Assembly (NCBI RefSeq): GCF_009914755.1
Contig: NC_060937.1
From: the human T2T-CHM13v2.0 reference genome, Homo sapiens
Reading direction: 5' to 3' (one strand)
Length of the DNA stretch: 64,000 bases
Positions within the stretch are counted from its first letter, which is position 1; each line of letters starts with the position of its first letter. Both the position numbers and the translations under genes were made by a program. This document shows, piece after piece, positions 1-14,519 of the stretch. The notes under the pieces were generated by a model. The model was not told where the DNA came from, did no database searches, and worked only from the letters and a program-made list of their open reading frames with translations.

Positions 1-458
1 ACTTATGGCAGCATTATTCACAATAGCAAAGACTTGGAACCAACCCAAATGCCCATCAATGATAGACTGGATAAAGAAAATGTGGCACATATACACCATA
101 TAATATTATGCAGCCATGAAAAACGATGAGTTCATGTCCTTTGCAAGGACATGGATGAAGCTGCAAACCATCATTCTCAGCAAACTAACACAGTAACAGA
201 AAACCAAACACCAAATGTTCTCACGCATAAGTGACAGTTGAACAATGAGAACACATAGACACAGGGAGGGGAACATCACACACTGGGGCCTGTGGGGAGT
301 GGGGGCCTAGGGGAGGGACAGCATTAGGAGAAACACCTAATGTAGATGATGGGTTGATGGGTGCAGGCTACCACCATGGCACATATATACCTATGTAACA
401 AACCTGCACATTCTGCACATGTATCACAGAACTTAAAGTACAATACAAAAAAAAAAAG
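1..458 (+). mobile_element. LINE-1 (L1PA, older primate subfamily) 3' end: end of ORF2, 3' UTR and poly(A) tail; continues left of the window
   Basis: Typical L1 3' sequence (CAATAGCAAAGACTTGGAACCAACCCAAATG..., G-rich tract near 290-320, GTAACAAACCTGCAC...) ending in an A-run near 447-457. Confidence 0.93.
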
Positions 459-1024
459 TACATTTTCAAATCTAAATATTGATTGTTGTGCTGCCAACAT
501 TTTAAACATAGCCAAATTATATCTTCATCATGAAAACAGTTGTAAGAATTGCTTATAATTTCTCTTTAGTGTATCAAAATGTGTCACACTCAAACTTGAC
601 TTAATTTCCCACACAATTTCAATAAACTTTGTAAAGGATTCATGACTTTGTAAACCCAAGATACAAAAGTGTAGTTTCTCCTCTATTCTGCCCTCCAGAT
701 CTTTTAGAACAATGTGAATGCATGGGTTTCATAAAATTCATCATTAGGAAGTGCTGTCTGGCAAGCACTCTCATTTTTTTTTTCCAGTAGCCAAAGGGAG
801 CTCTAGAAATCTGCAAGCCAGCAACAGCTTAATCTTATGGTGGACTCTTGATGCTATAAATCCATAACTAAGCAGGGGCGGCTGAAAATGAATGCAGCTT
901 TTCTTGAATAATGCTTGTTCTGGAAAAAGAAAGTGTCTGATATGTTGTTTTTCCAACTGCTTCTTTACCAAATAGATTCAAACTATATTGACACCTGTAA
1001 CAACTAATAATATAAAGGCAAAAC

Positions 1025-1270
1025 AATAATAGTAGCTAAAATTGATTTAGCACCTACAATGTGCTAGAAAGCGTATTATGTATTTTACATGAATTATCTC
1101 AACTAATCCTCTTACAAAAGTAGGTTTTAATATTTTAAACATATTTTAGATGAGGAAACAAAGATATTTATTTCAATAAATAACATTTTAAATCTACTAA
1201 GAGGCAGAAATAGGATTGAAATCATAAGGAATGTTTGCACATACCTATGTTTTTAATCACTGCACTATCT
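1025..1270 (-). mobile_element. MIR SINE fragment
   Basis: AATAATAGTAGCTAA...TAGCACCTACAATGTGC...ATTTTAGATGAGGAAAC resembles the MIR core in reverse orientation. Confidence 0.6.
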
Positions 1271-4200
1271 GTGCAAAAGTCCATATAGTAAAAAGCAATG
1301 AAACAATCAAAAGGACTCATACTACTATGTTTGAAACTATTGTATTTCCATAATGAATTATTGAATTAAAAAATGCAATAAAATATTTTTTTAGTTTCAG
1401 TCACTTTTCCTAAACAATGATTTGAAAGAAAAAACACTATATAATTTAGACATTTATTCACTTCCTTATATAAGCACCTTTCTAGAATGCCATTTAGAAG
1501 AAAGAGTCTGCATTTTAATTGTCTTCTGTTAAAATATTATCAACTTCACCAAAATAATCCAAAATGAGGGGGCCTTACATGCATTATTTGATATTGGATA
1601 TGTACAGATGAGTCCACTAATCAAAGTAAGGACATCCTAAGCATAATTAACATGCATGAATTAATGTTTGTGTAAACAAACATGTAAGGCACTTTAATCT
1701 CTGAGAAACTGTATCTCCATAAAGCTGATCAACATATCTGCTTGATTTTTTTCCCTCAGTGAACACACATGGCAAGACTAAAACTTAACAGCTTACCTAT
1801 TGCTCACTTTGTATAAGAAAATTTTTCAATAATCCAAGCTGAATTTATTATGATAATCCATTCCGTATCAAAAGGTCTTATGCAAATGACATGGAATGCT
1901 GCCAAAACATAGCACGGGACCTGAGGTAGTGTTTTATTTTTATTATTGTGCTTTTCAGAATAAGTTATCAGGTTAACTTAGCTACACACTTTCCTTCAGT
2001 GTGAGGTACACTGACCAAGGAAGCAGAAAATTGGAAGATCTATCCAATTCGCCAGTAACTATTTACAGGAGTGGCAGTTTAGTTAAAGAATTTACACTGT
2101 CTGTTTCCTTTAAACTAGAGTGTAGTATTCCATGATTTCTATCGGCCCTGCCACTTCTAAAATTCGAAGTAACTGGGTTTCCATTTTTCTTCATCATTTC
2201 TCATACCAACAAGGCCAAAACATAGTAAAAAATTGACATTTGAAAAAGTTTATAATGATTCTTACTCTGGGAAGTGATTTAAAAATCCTTTAAGTTAATC
2301 TTCACTAAGTGTTGGGAATCAGATTTTTATATTCAGGGACTATTGATGTGCTAATTGATACAATTGAAAACCAATACGTTTTCAAATGGGCTCCTTTATT
2401 CAACCATAAAGTTGAATAGATATCTAACATGAGCTAATTTACTTACCTCCATTTGGACCTCACCTAAACTATTACAGAAACAGAGATATCAAATCTCATT
2501 GAGAAATTTTCAGAACTATTTTTAAAAGAATATTAAGGTTTTTTTTTTTTCAAAAAGGAATGCAAAGTGTGGATTACTTCCTATCTCTACGGACATATAG
2601 AGCACATGGTTAAATATTTTCAACATAGTAATCATTGGTCTTGAAAACACCTAATAATAAATTGAAATAGATTATCTCAAATTGAAAACTTTATTTGCAA
2701 ACGTTGCTTGCTTTTTGTATTAGTCTGCTCAGCTATATTACACAATTGAGAAGAAAATTCAGTCTATTCATTTTATCAAGTATAAATGGAGACAGAAAAT
2801 ACCTGTTCACGCGTGCATTCCTCTGGTCATGTATGCCCTTACACACTCACTCCCACCCAGTACTGCTTTCTGGGTTTGGCTTATGCTGTAGTTCCTGAAA
2901 TCCTAAATGTTATGTACCAGCTGCCAGCAGGTGTCTGCAGGTGTTTGCCTACAAGAAGTTCATTGACAGTTTATTGCAGCAAGAATACCTTCTCTGGCAG
3001 TGGAAATTAGCTGCAAAAACACTGCAGACCAAGTAATGTTTTAAGGACAATGATGCTTCATGTGCTGTGAATGCATAATTATTTATTATCAGTCAGGCCT
3101 AGATTAATCACTCTTGTGTGATATTTTTCCCATGTAAAAAAATAGTTATCAAATTCTAGTTTCCACGGTCATTGTCAGTGTACTGGAAGGACTGCAGCTG
3201 TACTAGGAGTCTCATGGACATTTAACTTCTGACAGCTGTGAATGCTTCTTTGTGAATGCAGACATTGCTCTTTGACTCAGAGTTTCTGGAAGAGCTCCAA
3301 GATGCATTCTCCAGTGCCCCTGCAGCTCTCTGAGTGCATATTAGGAGAAGGTGGTCAGAAACGTCATGAATTGCTAACGTGGAGAGATACTTGTATTTTC
3401 TTTTACTACACATGTATTTATTTCAACATGGATATAAATAGATGAGGTGATAGTCAGTGATGAACCTAATATTTACAAACTTTCAGTATTTGGAGATTCA
3501 TGATTATGTCAAATCTTTTCATATATGATTATACTTTTATTGAGAAAATACTGATATGCACCAACACTCAATTTTTTGAGTTTTATAGAGATTCATGCCT
3601 AATATTCATAACAAAATTGGACTACATGACATCAATGCTCAAGAAGATTGTCAGATGTTTAAAAATAAAGAGTAAAATTTAGCTATTTATAGGGTTTATT
3701 AGTCATTTGTGATTAATATACCATAAGTTTTTTTTTGATTATTGAGAAACTTAATTATGGGATTATCTTAACACATGTATGCCTTTGAAAAAAAAAGAAA
3801 ATATGTCACAAAAGTTTCAATTTAAAATTATTTACATAACATATTTATGTTAGAAAGGACTATGAGGTTATGTCCCTAAACTTAATCATGAAAGGAATTC
3901 CCCTTCAAATAAACCATACATATTTGCATTTTTCTATTGATATTTTAGGAGATGTATAATGCTTGTTTTAGCATTTGGGTTATTAAATATAAAATTGTTA
4001 ATAGTCAAAAACTGAAAGACAAGAAACATATGTCATAGTAGAGACATTTTCCACTTAAGGAAAAAGCATACTCTATGTATACAAGCAAGTGTTGTTTTAT
4101 TAACCCTATATATTTGAATTACTCTAACAATAATTTCTGGTAGTTAATAATATCCTTGATATTCCACAGCCTATTTATAAATATATTTCATGATCAGTTT

Positions 4201-4509
4201 AAGATCTAATTTATTATTGTAATAATTAAAAGAGCAATAGTATATATTAATATTTTGAAATATATTTTCACTGTTTCATTTCTCAAAATATATCTGACAT
4301 GATAGAAGTGTTGAATCACTTAGAAAGTATCCCTATGGAGACTAATTACTGAAAATCAATGTATCTTTTTTTTGTTTAAACTGAGAACAAAGTTCAAAGG
4401 TATTAATTTGAACTAACATAGGTAAGGCAAATAGACCCTGAGAGTTTGTGTAATTCATAGCATAGTCTGCTATCTACTGTTTGTATGAAATATGGAATAT
4501 CACCAACTA

Positions 4510-4620
4510 CCTTGAAACTCAGCATTTCATCTGTAAGTAATAATAACACCTCATGAAGTCATTATAATAATTAAATGAAAATATGAGACAATCTACATAA
4601 AATGTCTGGTAATAGTAAAT
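4510..4620 (+). mobile_element. MIR SINE fragment
   Basis: CTCAGCATTTCATCTGTAAGTAATAATAACACCTCAT...AATTAAATGA resembles the MIR core. Confidence 0.5.
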
Positions 4621-4698
4621 GATTCTGTGTGTGTATGTATGTGTACATTTTATTTACCTTTGACTTTGAATTATAAACAAAATGTGCATTGCCTGTGA

Positions 4699-5030
<332 letters not shown>

Positions 5031-5590
5031 TCATCACATTACATATCAAAAAATCCAGTCAAATGCATTCCTATTATGAGGGACAAATGAATTTAAGCCT
5101 GCCTTTCTCTATGTAATACATTACTACTAAATGCTACCATATCTATGCTATAGTGAAGTATTTTTAAATATGAAAATTCTTAGATATCATGAATAAGTGG
5201 TAGTGTAATTGGTTAAAGTCTGTTTGTATAGCAGTCACTACTCATATAATAAAGCAGTTGAAGACCTAGATTGATTTTAGAATGAATCATGCATCTCATA
5301 CTGGTGATTAAAATCAAAATTGGTTATTTGTTCATTACGAATTATAATAATCAATTAAAATTGCAGCATACATCATAGCATGCTATATGAGAATAACTAT
5401 AAATTTAGTGTCACTATAAAAATCTTCATTAGATTGATGGAATATTTATAATCACAGAATAAAAATGCATCATCTAATATTAAACAAAAACTGAGCTGGC
5501 ACAGGTGTGTTTTTCAGAGGTAACTTTTCATGAATTTACCAACCAATTACCAATATTTGTTTAAATAAAGATAACTAGTAGAATAAAATG

Positions 5591-5901
5591 GGCTGGGCAC
5601 GGTGGCTCATGTCTGTAATCCCAACATTTTGGGAGGCCGAGGCAGGTGGATTACAAGGTCAGGAGATCGAGACCATCCTGGCTAACACAGTGAAACCCCA
5701 TCTCTACTAAAAATAAAATAAAAAAAAATTAGCCAGGCATGGTGGCACGTGCTTGCTGTCTCAGCCATTCAGGAGGCTGAGGCAGGAGAATTGCTCGAAC
5801 CCGGGAGAAGAACGTTACGTTACAGTGAGCCAAGATCAGGACACTGCACTGCAGCCTGAGCAACAGAGCAAGACTCCATCTCGAAAAAAAAAAAAAAAAA
5901 A
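5591..5901 (+). mobile_element. Alu (AluSc/Y-like)
   Basis: Full Alu with GAGATCGAGACCATCCTGGCTAACAC and a poly(A) tail at 5884-5901. Confidence 0.95.
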
Positions 5902-5940
5902 GAATTACTTAAAATCTGTAAGTTAAGATTAATAATAATT

Positions 5941-6329
<389 letters not shown>

Positions 6330-7388
6330 TGAAGACATAGCACATTAACTTTGTCATCTACCCAGAGGAAATGTTTTCATTAATGCAGAGGTGCAAATGA
6401 TATGAAGCCAGAACCAAGAATGAATTCAACGTCTTCGAGAAACACTTTACTGATGGCGAGATCTGGTGGTTTCCTAATTATTTTGGACTTAAGCCTTTCA
6501 GCAATGTGTAATTCCTTTGAAGTTATATTGGTTTTGTCTATGGAAGAAGCATATTGTTGGAAATAAAGGTCACTAATGTAACTAATATTTTAGATAGATT
6601 GATGAAAAACAAACTCTAACCTTAAAAAATTATAACTTCTGAATGGGACTTATTATCAAGACATTATGTCTTTGTATCAGATTTATAAATGTCATTTTAT
6701 TAAAACTGAGGTTTATTGAGCTTTTCATGGAAATTAGAGACCATATTAGCATTCTATAAATTAGTTAATTATAATTTGCTGTTCAAACTCTGCCCACTCC
6801 AATTGTACAAAAAGCCACTAAACTTTAAAATCATGTTTTCGTATTAAAATAGATGGAACACAAACATTCAAGTGCAGTTTTTTTAAAGTCTTTTTTTGCA
6901 CACAAAACTTATCCTAGATAATTCCTGAAGCAAAATACTGATTTAGTATTTTCTTTCCCAGTTCTACTAACATCCCACTGTGTGATCTAGAGAAAAGTAC
7001 TTTAGAGAGTACTTTGCCATGCATAAAAAGGCACTTATCTTCTAATAAAATTCTATTGATTTAAAATAATCTACCTTTCTTTCTTTATAGAGGTATAATA
7101 GGGTGTAATGAAGAATTTTGAAGTGCTTGTAAAGTTCCTTGAAATCTTTAAAAGAATAGTAGAGGCCTTCAATTGAATGCAATTCGAAAGAATTGAATAG
7201 AGACCCTAAACAGAATGCAAATCAGGCCTCTTGCCAAATGTGAATCATAATTGTCCTTATTTATTGAGGGTGTCATAATCACCATCATTACTTATGAGTG
7301 CAGCTGTTCATATTGATTGAATTTCCAAGGTATCCCAGAAATTGAACAAGAAACACAGTTTCAATCCTCTGGGAATTTATATTCTAGA

Positions 7389-7638
7389 CCTGCACTGTCC
7401 AATGGTAGCCACTAGCCACAGGTGGCTATTTAAATTTAAATCAATCAAATTTAAATAACAAATAAAATTTTAGTTCCTTTGCCATATCATCCACATTTCA
7501 TTTTTTTAAGCTACCTCCTACAGAAAGGTATCATTCATATTTCAATTTCTCAGTAGCCTTATGTGGCCAATGGCTATCATATTGGATCGCACAGATACAG
7601 TTAATTTCCATTATCACAGAAAATTCTATTGAACAGCC
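7389..7638. mobile_element. MER3-like hAT-Charlie non-autonomous DNA transposon
   Basis: CTGCACTGTCCAATGGTAGCCACTAGCCACAGGTGGCTATTTAAATTTAAA ... TGGCTATCATATTGGA ... TTCTATTGAACAGC; internal palindromic structure matches the recalled MER3 consensus. Confidence 0.8.
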
Positions 7639-7844
7639 TCTTGTAGATGCTTGGTGCACATATGCCACTATAAATATTATTCAAGAATACAATTTATACA
7701 ATATAATTTTATTGCATAAATTGTAGTTCATTAATTTTGATAGAGACTTTTAATAGAGAAAATAGATAATCTACAAAAAGTCAAACATCTCTGTAAGCAT
7801 TCTGATATGAATCAACTATTTTCATCTCAAATACAAGAGACAGG

Positions 7845-7905
7845 ATCTAGCACATTTTAGGTGCTAAATAAATATTTGTTCAATTAATAAATTCATAAAT
7901 GAACA
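7845..7905 (+). mobile_element. L2 LINE 3' end fragment
   Basis: CTAGCACATTTTAGGTGCTAAATAAATATTTGTT...ATAAATGAA resembles the L2 terminus. Confidence 0.5.
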
Positions 7906-10232
7906 AGTATTTTGTGTATACAAAGAGATTTCTGGAGCTCATTTTTCTTGCTATTGAAAGGATACCATATACAGTTTTCAAAATAAGGAATGATAATATA
8001 GTCTGGAAGAAAAAAACACATTAAGCAAGAAATAGAGCATTGTGCAGGTCAAGTGCTTGATAATGCAAGGGAATGTTTAGATGAGCAGTCTTCATTGTTA
8101 GAAAGAATAAGTAAGATTTTTTCAGATGGAGAAAGGACTTACAGAGAATTCTCTAGAACAGTAGGTAAAAGAAAAATGAAAAGTCTGATAGATAAAAGGG
8201 CAGTGGAAACCAAAGCGTTGGAGTTGGGAAAAAGGCTGATTCATTTTGAGGGGATAAAGAGATTATGAGTATTCTGATGAATGAAGGATTCCAGTTGGCA
8301 AAGTTGAATGTAGTATAATCAATTTAGATATTTTTCATTAGCAATGGTTCTTCTGAAATTGTTGTAATTTAACTGTTTTAGGATAATTAATTGTTTTTCT
8401 CTGAAAAAAAAAAACAACAGAAATAACCCAGAAAACACAGGCATAACATAATGCCTGTTTAGACTTATTTTCTAAAAATGACTAGAGATGTGTGAGAACC
8501 AAGGACCAATGGGTCCCAAGAGACAAATCATACACTAATAGAGAGTTACATAGAAAAGCTAATCTGATTACATTGTGAAACTGCTTCATTTCCAGTGGAA
8601 TGTGTGCATTTCAATGCTAGTATAAGCCAGATGGCAGTAGCCTTTGTTCTAACAGGGTCTGACGATAGTTTGTATATTTAAAATGTCACAACTACACACT
8701 CACTTTTCTTCAGTAAACAGTAAAGAACAGCTGCTGACAACTTCAAGTGCAATTACTTATCTTCTCTACAGAGCCATTTTGATCTTCCTCTTCACTCACC
8801 AGAGTATCAAATAAAACTGATGTTCCCAGTACACAGCATGGTTCTGAATAGTGTGAAGATAACAAAGCTAGCTTCTATTAATTACCATTCTATTAGCTGA
8901 TACTGGTAGCTAGAATTGAATGTCATATATGAGTAATGCTGAGAAATTATTGTAACTAATTAATTGACACTCATAGTTAGAAATGTATTCAGTGTCTCCA
9001 GTGATAATAATGTGCCATGAAAAATAAAACCATTTGAGAACTATGGGATAGAGATTAATTTAAGGAAATCATCTTGAACTCTTCCTAAGCTCTTAAATCA
9101 CCCCTCCAAATATTCTTATTTTTCAAGTGCACATTTTTATAAATTTTTATTGGGGATGTGTATGCAAAATTGAACAAACTGTAGTAGAAACTAAAACAGT
9201 AAGAAACAAAAATAGTAAAAAAAAAAAAAAAAAAAGAGCATACGATGAAAAATAAATTCCCATTCTATTTAAGACGCCAGTCTTCTTCCAAAAGGTAACC
9301 ACTATTATTAGATTTGTGTGTATTAATTTCTTTCCAGAAAAAAAGTCTGCCTCTCACAAATTATAGGTAATGCTATATATACTCCTAATAATGGCAAAAC
9401 AGTATTCCTATACAAACTGTTGTTTAAAGTAGAAGAGTATTCTAAGGTATAGAAGGATGTGTATGACTTTTCAGTGAGTCAGACATTTAACTTGTTCTTA
9501 CTCATTTTCAAATGCAAGCATCTGTTACATATCTTCTGACATAGTGTTTTATATATCTTACTTTGGCACACCTGAAGGCTACTTTCTGAAAAAGTAGTGT
9601 TCCAAAGATATATTTTTGTAGATATTTCCAATTGGTTATCCAAAAAGGATATTTTCATATGTAATTATATCAAAAAATATCCGAGTGTATGTGCAAGGAA
9701 CTGCATGAGGCAAGGAAGAAAATTGGCTATTTTTTGTATATTCTTTTGTAATGCCTCTGAGAGTCTATTTCTAAGGCTGTGAATAATTAAGTCTGTAAGT
9801 GAATAAATAATTTCAGCAAAATTAGATTTGCTGGCCATTTTTAATTTGATAAATATAACTGCATGATGTTTGTTTTTAATTTTAAATGTATTAGACAAAA
9901 TGTCAAAGACAAATGCTGTACAGTTATTTAATTTAGCAATTTCATAGAGACACAATCATAAATGGTGACTCATTATTTTCCTCCAGGAGAAACTTTCATT
10001 TTCTCCTTTTAGATATGTGATATACATATAACATATATTATATATAATTATATATATGAATGTGATATATATATAATTTCAATTTCAAAAACTTTAAAGA
10101 CATATGCCCTTTAACTTAGACTTGAAAAATGTGTCATTTATTAAATTGAGTTGAACAGACTTCTTAGCCATTACTATGGAGGAATAGAAACTTAGCATTA
10201 GAATTCCATAATCTTAACTCACCAGTTAGGCT

Positions 10233-10255
10233 AACAACAACAACAACAACAACAA
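10233..10255 (+). repeat. (AAC)n microsatellite
   Basis: About 7 AAC units. Confidence 0.9.
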
Positions 10256-11165
10256 ATTGCAAGCTCTACTGGCTTTAGATGTTGATCAATACTTATGAAG
10301 TCATGAAATGATTAATAAAGAATTTCCTTGTTTATAATCCTCATTAGGTTGTTTCTTAAAGCACCATAATTCTTGACTAAGCATTTTAAAATTCTAATGA
10401 TAACACACAGTGATACGCAAATGTGATAAGAATTATCTTAAAAAATGTACTTAATATAAGAATCCCTCCTGTGTTCATAAAGCACTAAAATAATAATTCT
10501 AGAAACTAATAAATATAAATTTACAAAAATATATGGTCAATTTTAAGTGGCAAGTATGCTACTTATGTTTTCAATTTAAATTTAAATTTGCAGGTATCAA
10601 ATTATGGCCATAATTGATAATGACAATTATATTTACAATATAAATGTCAAATATATTTCCCTACATGATATACTCTTATGATGATACCCTCTCAATAGAT
10701 AATTCTAATATGAAAAAAAAATATTTGCAAACATTTGGACAAATGTGACTTTCACATCCAACTCCATCAAATAATGTTTAATATTAATAGACTTAATTCT
10801 GGGGAGATATATTTGATCAATCATTTAATTTTACAATGGCCAAATGTATCTATGTAATTAAGTGCATGCATCTGAGTGCTGTCTGAAAGCATGTATACAC
10901 ATATGACCATGTGTTGCTTAGTATAGACTAAAACATAGATACATTTGTTCATGTGGGTAAAAGTTTTGGCTCATATTTGATCACTCTTATGTAATTCACT
11001 TATATATTTTCTAAGCAATAGTCAACATTCAATGCAAATAAAGAAACAGATTAATAACTGAGGCTTTTCCTTATATCTATGATGTTTTCCCTCTTGTGTT
11101 TTTCTGTTCTGAACTGTTCAAGTCACAGTATTTTCTAAAATTTCATTCTCTTGCAGAGCATCTTA

Positions 11166-11184
11166 TAGAGACACCTAGTGGCAA
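11166..11184 (-). promoter_or_regulatory. Candidate CTCF site
   Basis: Minus strand reads TTGCCACTAGGTGTCTCTA, close to the CTCF core CCAC(C/T)AG(G/A)(G/T)GGC(G/A)CTA. Confidence 0.55.
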
Positions 11185-12300
11185 AAGGTAATGGTGGCTT
11201 CCGGGACCATCCTTAATGTTGAGTTAATGGCAGAAAGTTTTCATCATTTACTTATTTGAACCACAAGAGGTAAACTAGATTATTAGCATAAGTGTTTCTA
11301 ACAAAACTGTAACCTAAACTAATTCCAAACATATTTAATACTTCTTAGTTGAATAATATTTCCTTTAATTAGAACAATAAATATTTAAAATAAAAATAAT
11401 ACAAAACCATGAATTAAACTTTGCTATTGAATGAAATTATAAAGATTTAGAACAGTGATAAAATATAACAGCTTTATTTCAGCTATTTTGAAAAAATCAA
11501 TAATCGATTAAGACAATTTAGGACCTTTAAGAACTTCTACAAAGTTAATCGATATTGAAAATTATGTTTCTGATAGGACTCAATATTTATATTCCAAAGG
11601 CTTCTGGCTGTAATTCCTATATAATTTTAAATTTAAATATTTCATTTCATTTTGAAAATATAAAAGTAATTTTAAACTTAAAATAAATTTTCTGAAATGT
11701 TTATATAATGTTAAAAGTTAATGACTGAATAAAAAATACAGAAATAAGCCTTTTGTGGATGACGTGTAAGTTATATTTGTTGATGCAATGTATCTACAGC
11801 TAGTGGCTATCATTCCTAGGTCAAATGCTTCTAAATTTAATGAAACGTTCATTACAAGATTTTGTTTTTATTGTCTGAAATTACATATTACTTCTTTCCT
11901 TCCTCTCCCTTGAATATAACCCATACTTAAACAAAATTGCTTCCAAATAAAGTTTTTATGGTATAAAGTAAAAATATATATATTCACACAACATACGCAG
12001 GGGAAAGTTCAAAAAAGATTGCAGTACCTCAGGAGACTGCAATGTTCATCACCTGAGATATATATACATCTCAGAACATAGACATATTATCAGACTCTAT
12101 ATCAATATTAAACATATGATTAACCAGATTATAACACAGTATTATCCCAAATATTACTAAGAATAAAACAATATCAATAATAATTAAGACGTAATTAATT
12201 GCAAAATAAAGTGGGTAAAATATATTTACATGGAGAAACTAACTACATAGTTATCAAAGGAACAGGCACATGTGCACTCAGCCTGCACTGGGTCACTTAC

Positions 12301-12600
12301 TATTATCAACTTTTCTCTTATACCCGGGATGAACGGCAGGTCTAATATTACAAATATTGAAAACATGTCTTATGAAAGTAAAGACCCCTTTTTGGGGATG
12401 GAAGTGTCTGGTTTCATGGAAAGACCCAAGAATACTTACTGTAGAGATGACTCTAGTGGAGTTTAGCAGATGACTCTTCAAGAAACTCGCTTTCTATCGA
12501 TATTGCATTTACTTAGGGGTTTTCCAGCTTTTTAGTACACACCAGATGTATTCACAAACATTCCCTCTGAAAGTCTTTCACATTCCCTTGTGTTGCCTAG
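12301..12600 (-). ncRNA. MIR4500HG: Probable first exon region of the divergent lncRNA MIR4500HG (5' end approximate)
   Basis: Consensus minus-strand donor ATA|GTAAGT (ACTTAC at 12295-12300 on +) just left of the CpG island. Head-to-head arrangement with SLITRK5 is recalled from annotation, not derived from this sequence. Confidence 0.45.
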
Positions 12601-12974
12601 ACACACCTATAAAACGTAATTCTATTAAAGAGAAAAGAAAAGTAGCGCCCTTGTTTGCAGCTAGGAGGAACCACTCCCTTTTCCAGGATCCTTAACAGTA
12701 AGTACACGAGACAGCAGCATTCTGAATGGCAGGAGGAAGGCAGGCGATCAGCACAGGGCTGGAATCATCTGTTCCTGACCACCAGCAAGCCTGGCACTGC
12801 CGGGGTTATTTCCACTCCTCCCTTTCCCAATCCGAGAATTGCACAGTCCCACGCTCGAATTACACACATGGTCCAAGACTTCTCTCTCTTCCTACGAATG
12901 TGACATCCAAGGGGGCCCCGGTTGCGCCGCCCTAGCCCAGGGACGCCTTCGCCCTCGGCTGCCATCTATCGGCC

Positions 12975-13813
12975 ACCGAGCGCCCGCTTCGCCCCGGGCC
13001 CATCATGTCTGCTGCAGCTTGGCTCGCACCAGAGGCGCGACAATAAACAAGTGCACTGGACTGGGCCCTGCACCCGCTCCGGAGCAGCTGTCTCAGAGAC
13101 CCGGTGTTGCTTACCGCGTTGCCACCTCCTCGGCGCCCGGGAGGAAGACGCAACTTTCTCGGAGTTTTTTTTAGAGCCACCGGGCTGCCAGGACAAGCCA
13201 CAGGCATAGAACGACGCGGTTGCTGCCCGCCCCCCCCTTCCCCCAGAAACCCCAAAGGATGTCGGTGATAGAGAGTTCCAACTAATGACGATTGTGCGCC
13301 GCATCTGGGGAAGGGATACAGAAAAAAACCCTGCAAACACCGTGAGGATGAAACTGCCAAAGGGATGCAAGAGCCTCTCAAATACTAATTAGGGGCCGCG
13401 GCGGCGGCGGGCTCGGCGCGGAGACAGCGTCGGCGGGATCCCAGCGCGGTGGTCGCCGCTGCGCTGGGGGGCGGAGGACAGCGCAGGAGCTGCAGCCGCC
13501 GCCTTCGCTGGAGCAGCCGAGGGGCCGGTGCCACCTTTGCTCGCCCCCTCACTACCATGTACAGTGTGCGCTGCAAGAAGAAGGCGGGAGATGCATGCAC
13601 ACCCCCGCGACCCGCTCCCTCTGGCTCGTCCCCCGGCGTGCGCCACTGACCAGGGGGGAATGTGGTGAAGACGGCGAGGAGGAGAGCCGAGGGGGGAGGG
13701 GAGGGCCGGCCGGCGCGAACCCAGGCCGGAGGGTGCGAGGAGCCAGAGGAGGCTGGAGGGGGCGGCGGCCACAGCTGGGTCGGAGAAAGTTGCCCCCTAT
13801 GCAGATGGGAACT
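12975..13813 (+). other. SLITRK5: SLITRK5 non-coding first exon A (start approximate)
   Basis: Donor ACT|GTGAGT at 13813/13814 inside the CpG island; the 5' boundary cannot be determined from sequence. Confidence 0.6.
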
Positions 13814-14217
13814 GTGAGTACCCCTGTGGGGGGGAGGGTGCAGCGAAGGCTGCCAGGGACCCCGCGATCGCGCCTTAACACGTATTGGAGCGAGTGTGCG
13901 AGTGATCATGAGTGTGAGCGGGTGCGAGCGCTCGGCGGGGCTGACCGTCACGTTGGCGGGGCCGGCGGGGCCAGGCAGTCTTCTCCGCGTCCCCCTCCTC
14001 CCGCTCCGTGCCTCCCCTCCCAGCAGCTCCCCCTCCCCGCCCCGCCCGGCTCCGGCTCCCGGCCCCTACCGCGAGGCGCCTCTCCAGCCGGACCTCCGCC
14101 GCCCCCTCCCTCCGCCTCCCTATCCCGCCGCTGCAGAACGCCCCCCGCTCTCCACCCCCCAACCCTGCTGCCCGCTCCGACTACCGCGGAGAGCACCGGG
14201 GAGAGCCTTTTGGGGAG

Positions 14218-14429
14218 CCCCGGAACCCGCGGTCGCCACCGCGGCGGCGGCCCCAGGCTGGAGGCGTCCGGGCGCCTCTTTCCTCCAGCCTCTGGGACCG
14301 CGCTGCTCGCAGTCTCCTCGCCCTGCCTGGGCTTGAGAAACCTAGTGCATACCCCAAAGAGGGTTTTTGTGTATGTGTGTGTTTTTAAAGGGTGGCTATG
14401 ATGACTGGGCCTTGGAGATGTGAGACTGG
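14218..14429 (+). other. SLITRK5: SLITRK5 alternative non-coding first exon B (start approximate)
   Basis: Strong donor TGG|GTAAGT at 14429/14430, followed by a (GT)n tract. Confidence 0.65.
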
Positions 14430-14456
14430 GTAAGTCTATCGTTTACTTTGCAAAAG

Positions 14457-14458
<2 letters not shown>

Positions 14459-14518
<60 letters not shown>
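14459..14518 (+). repeat. (GT)n microsatellite, about 30 units
   Basis: Perfect dinucleotide run about 30 nt downstream of the exon B donor. Confidence 0.97.

Positions 14519-14519
<1 letters not shown>

Noticed and set aside
8620-8640. GCCAGATGGCAGTA CTCF-like motif (similar weak ones near 37171 and 47163)
   Set aside because: Missing the 5' CC or other core positions; too weak to call
7181-12043. Short hairpins CAATTC-GAAA-GAATTG (about 7181) and ATTGCAGT...ACTGCAAT (12018-12043)
   Set aside because: Isolated 6-8 bp stems are expected by chance in 64 kb
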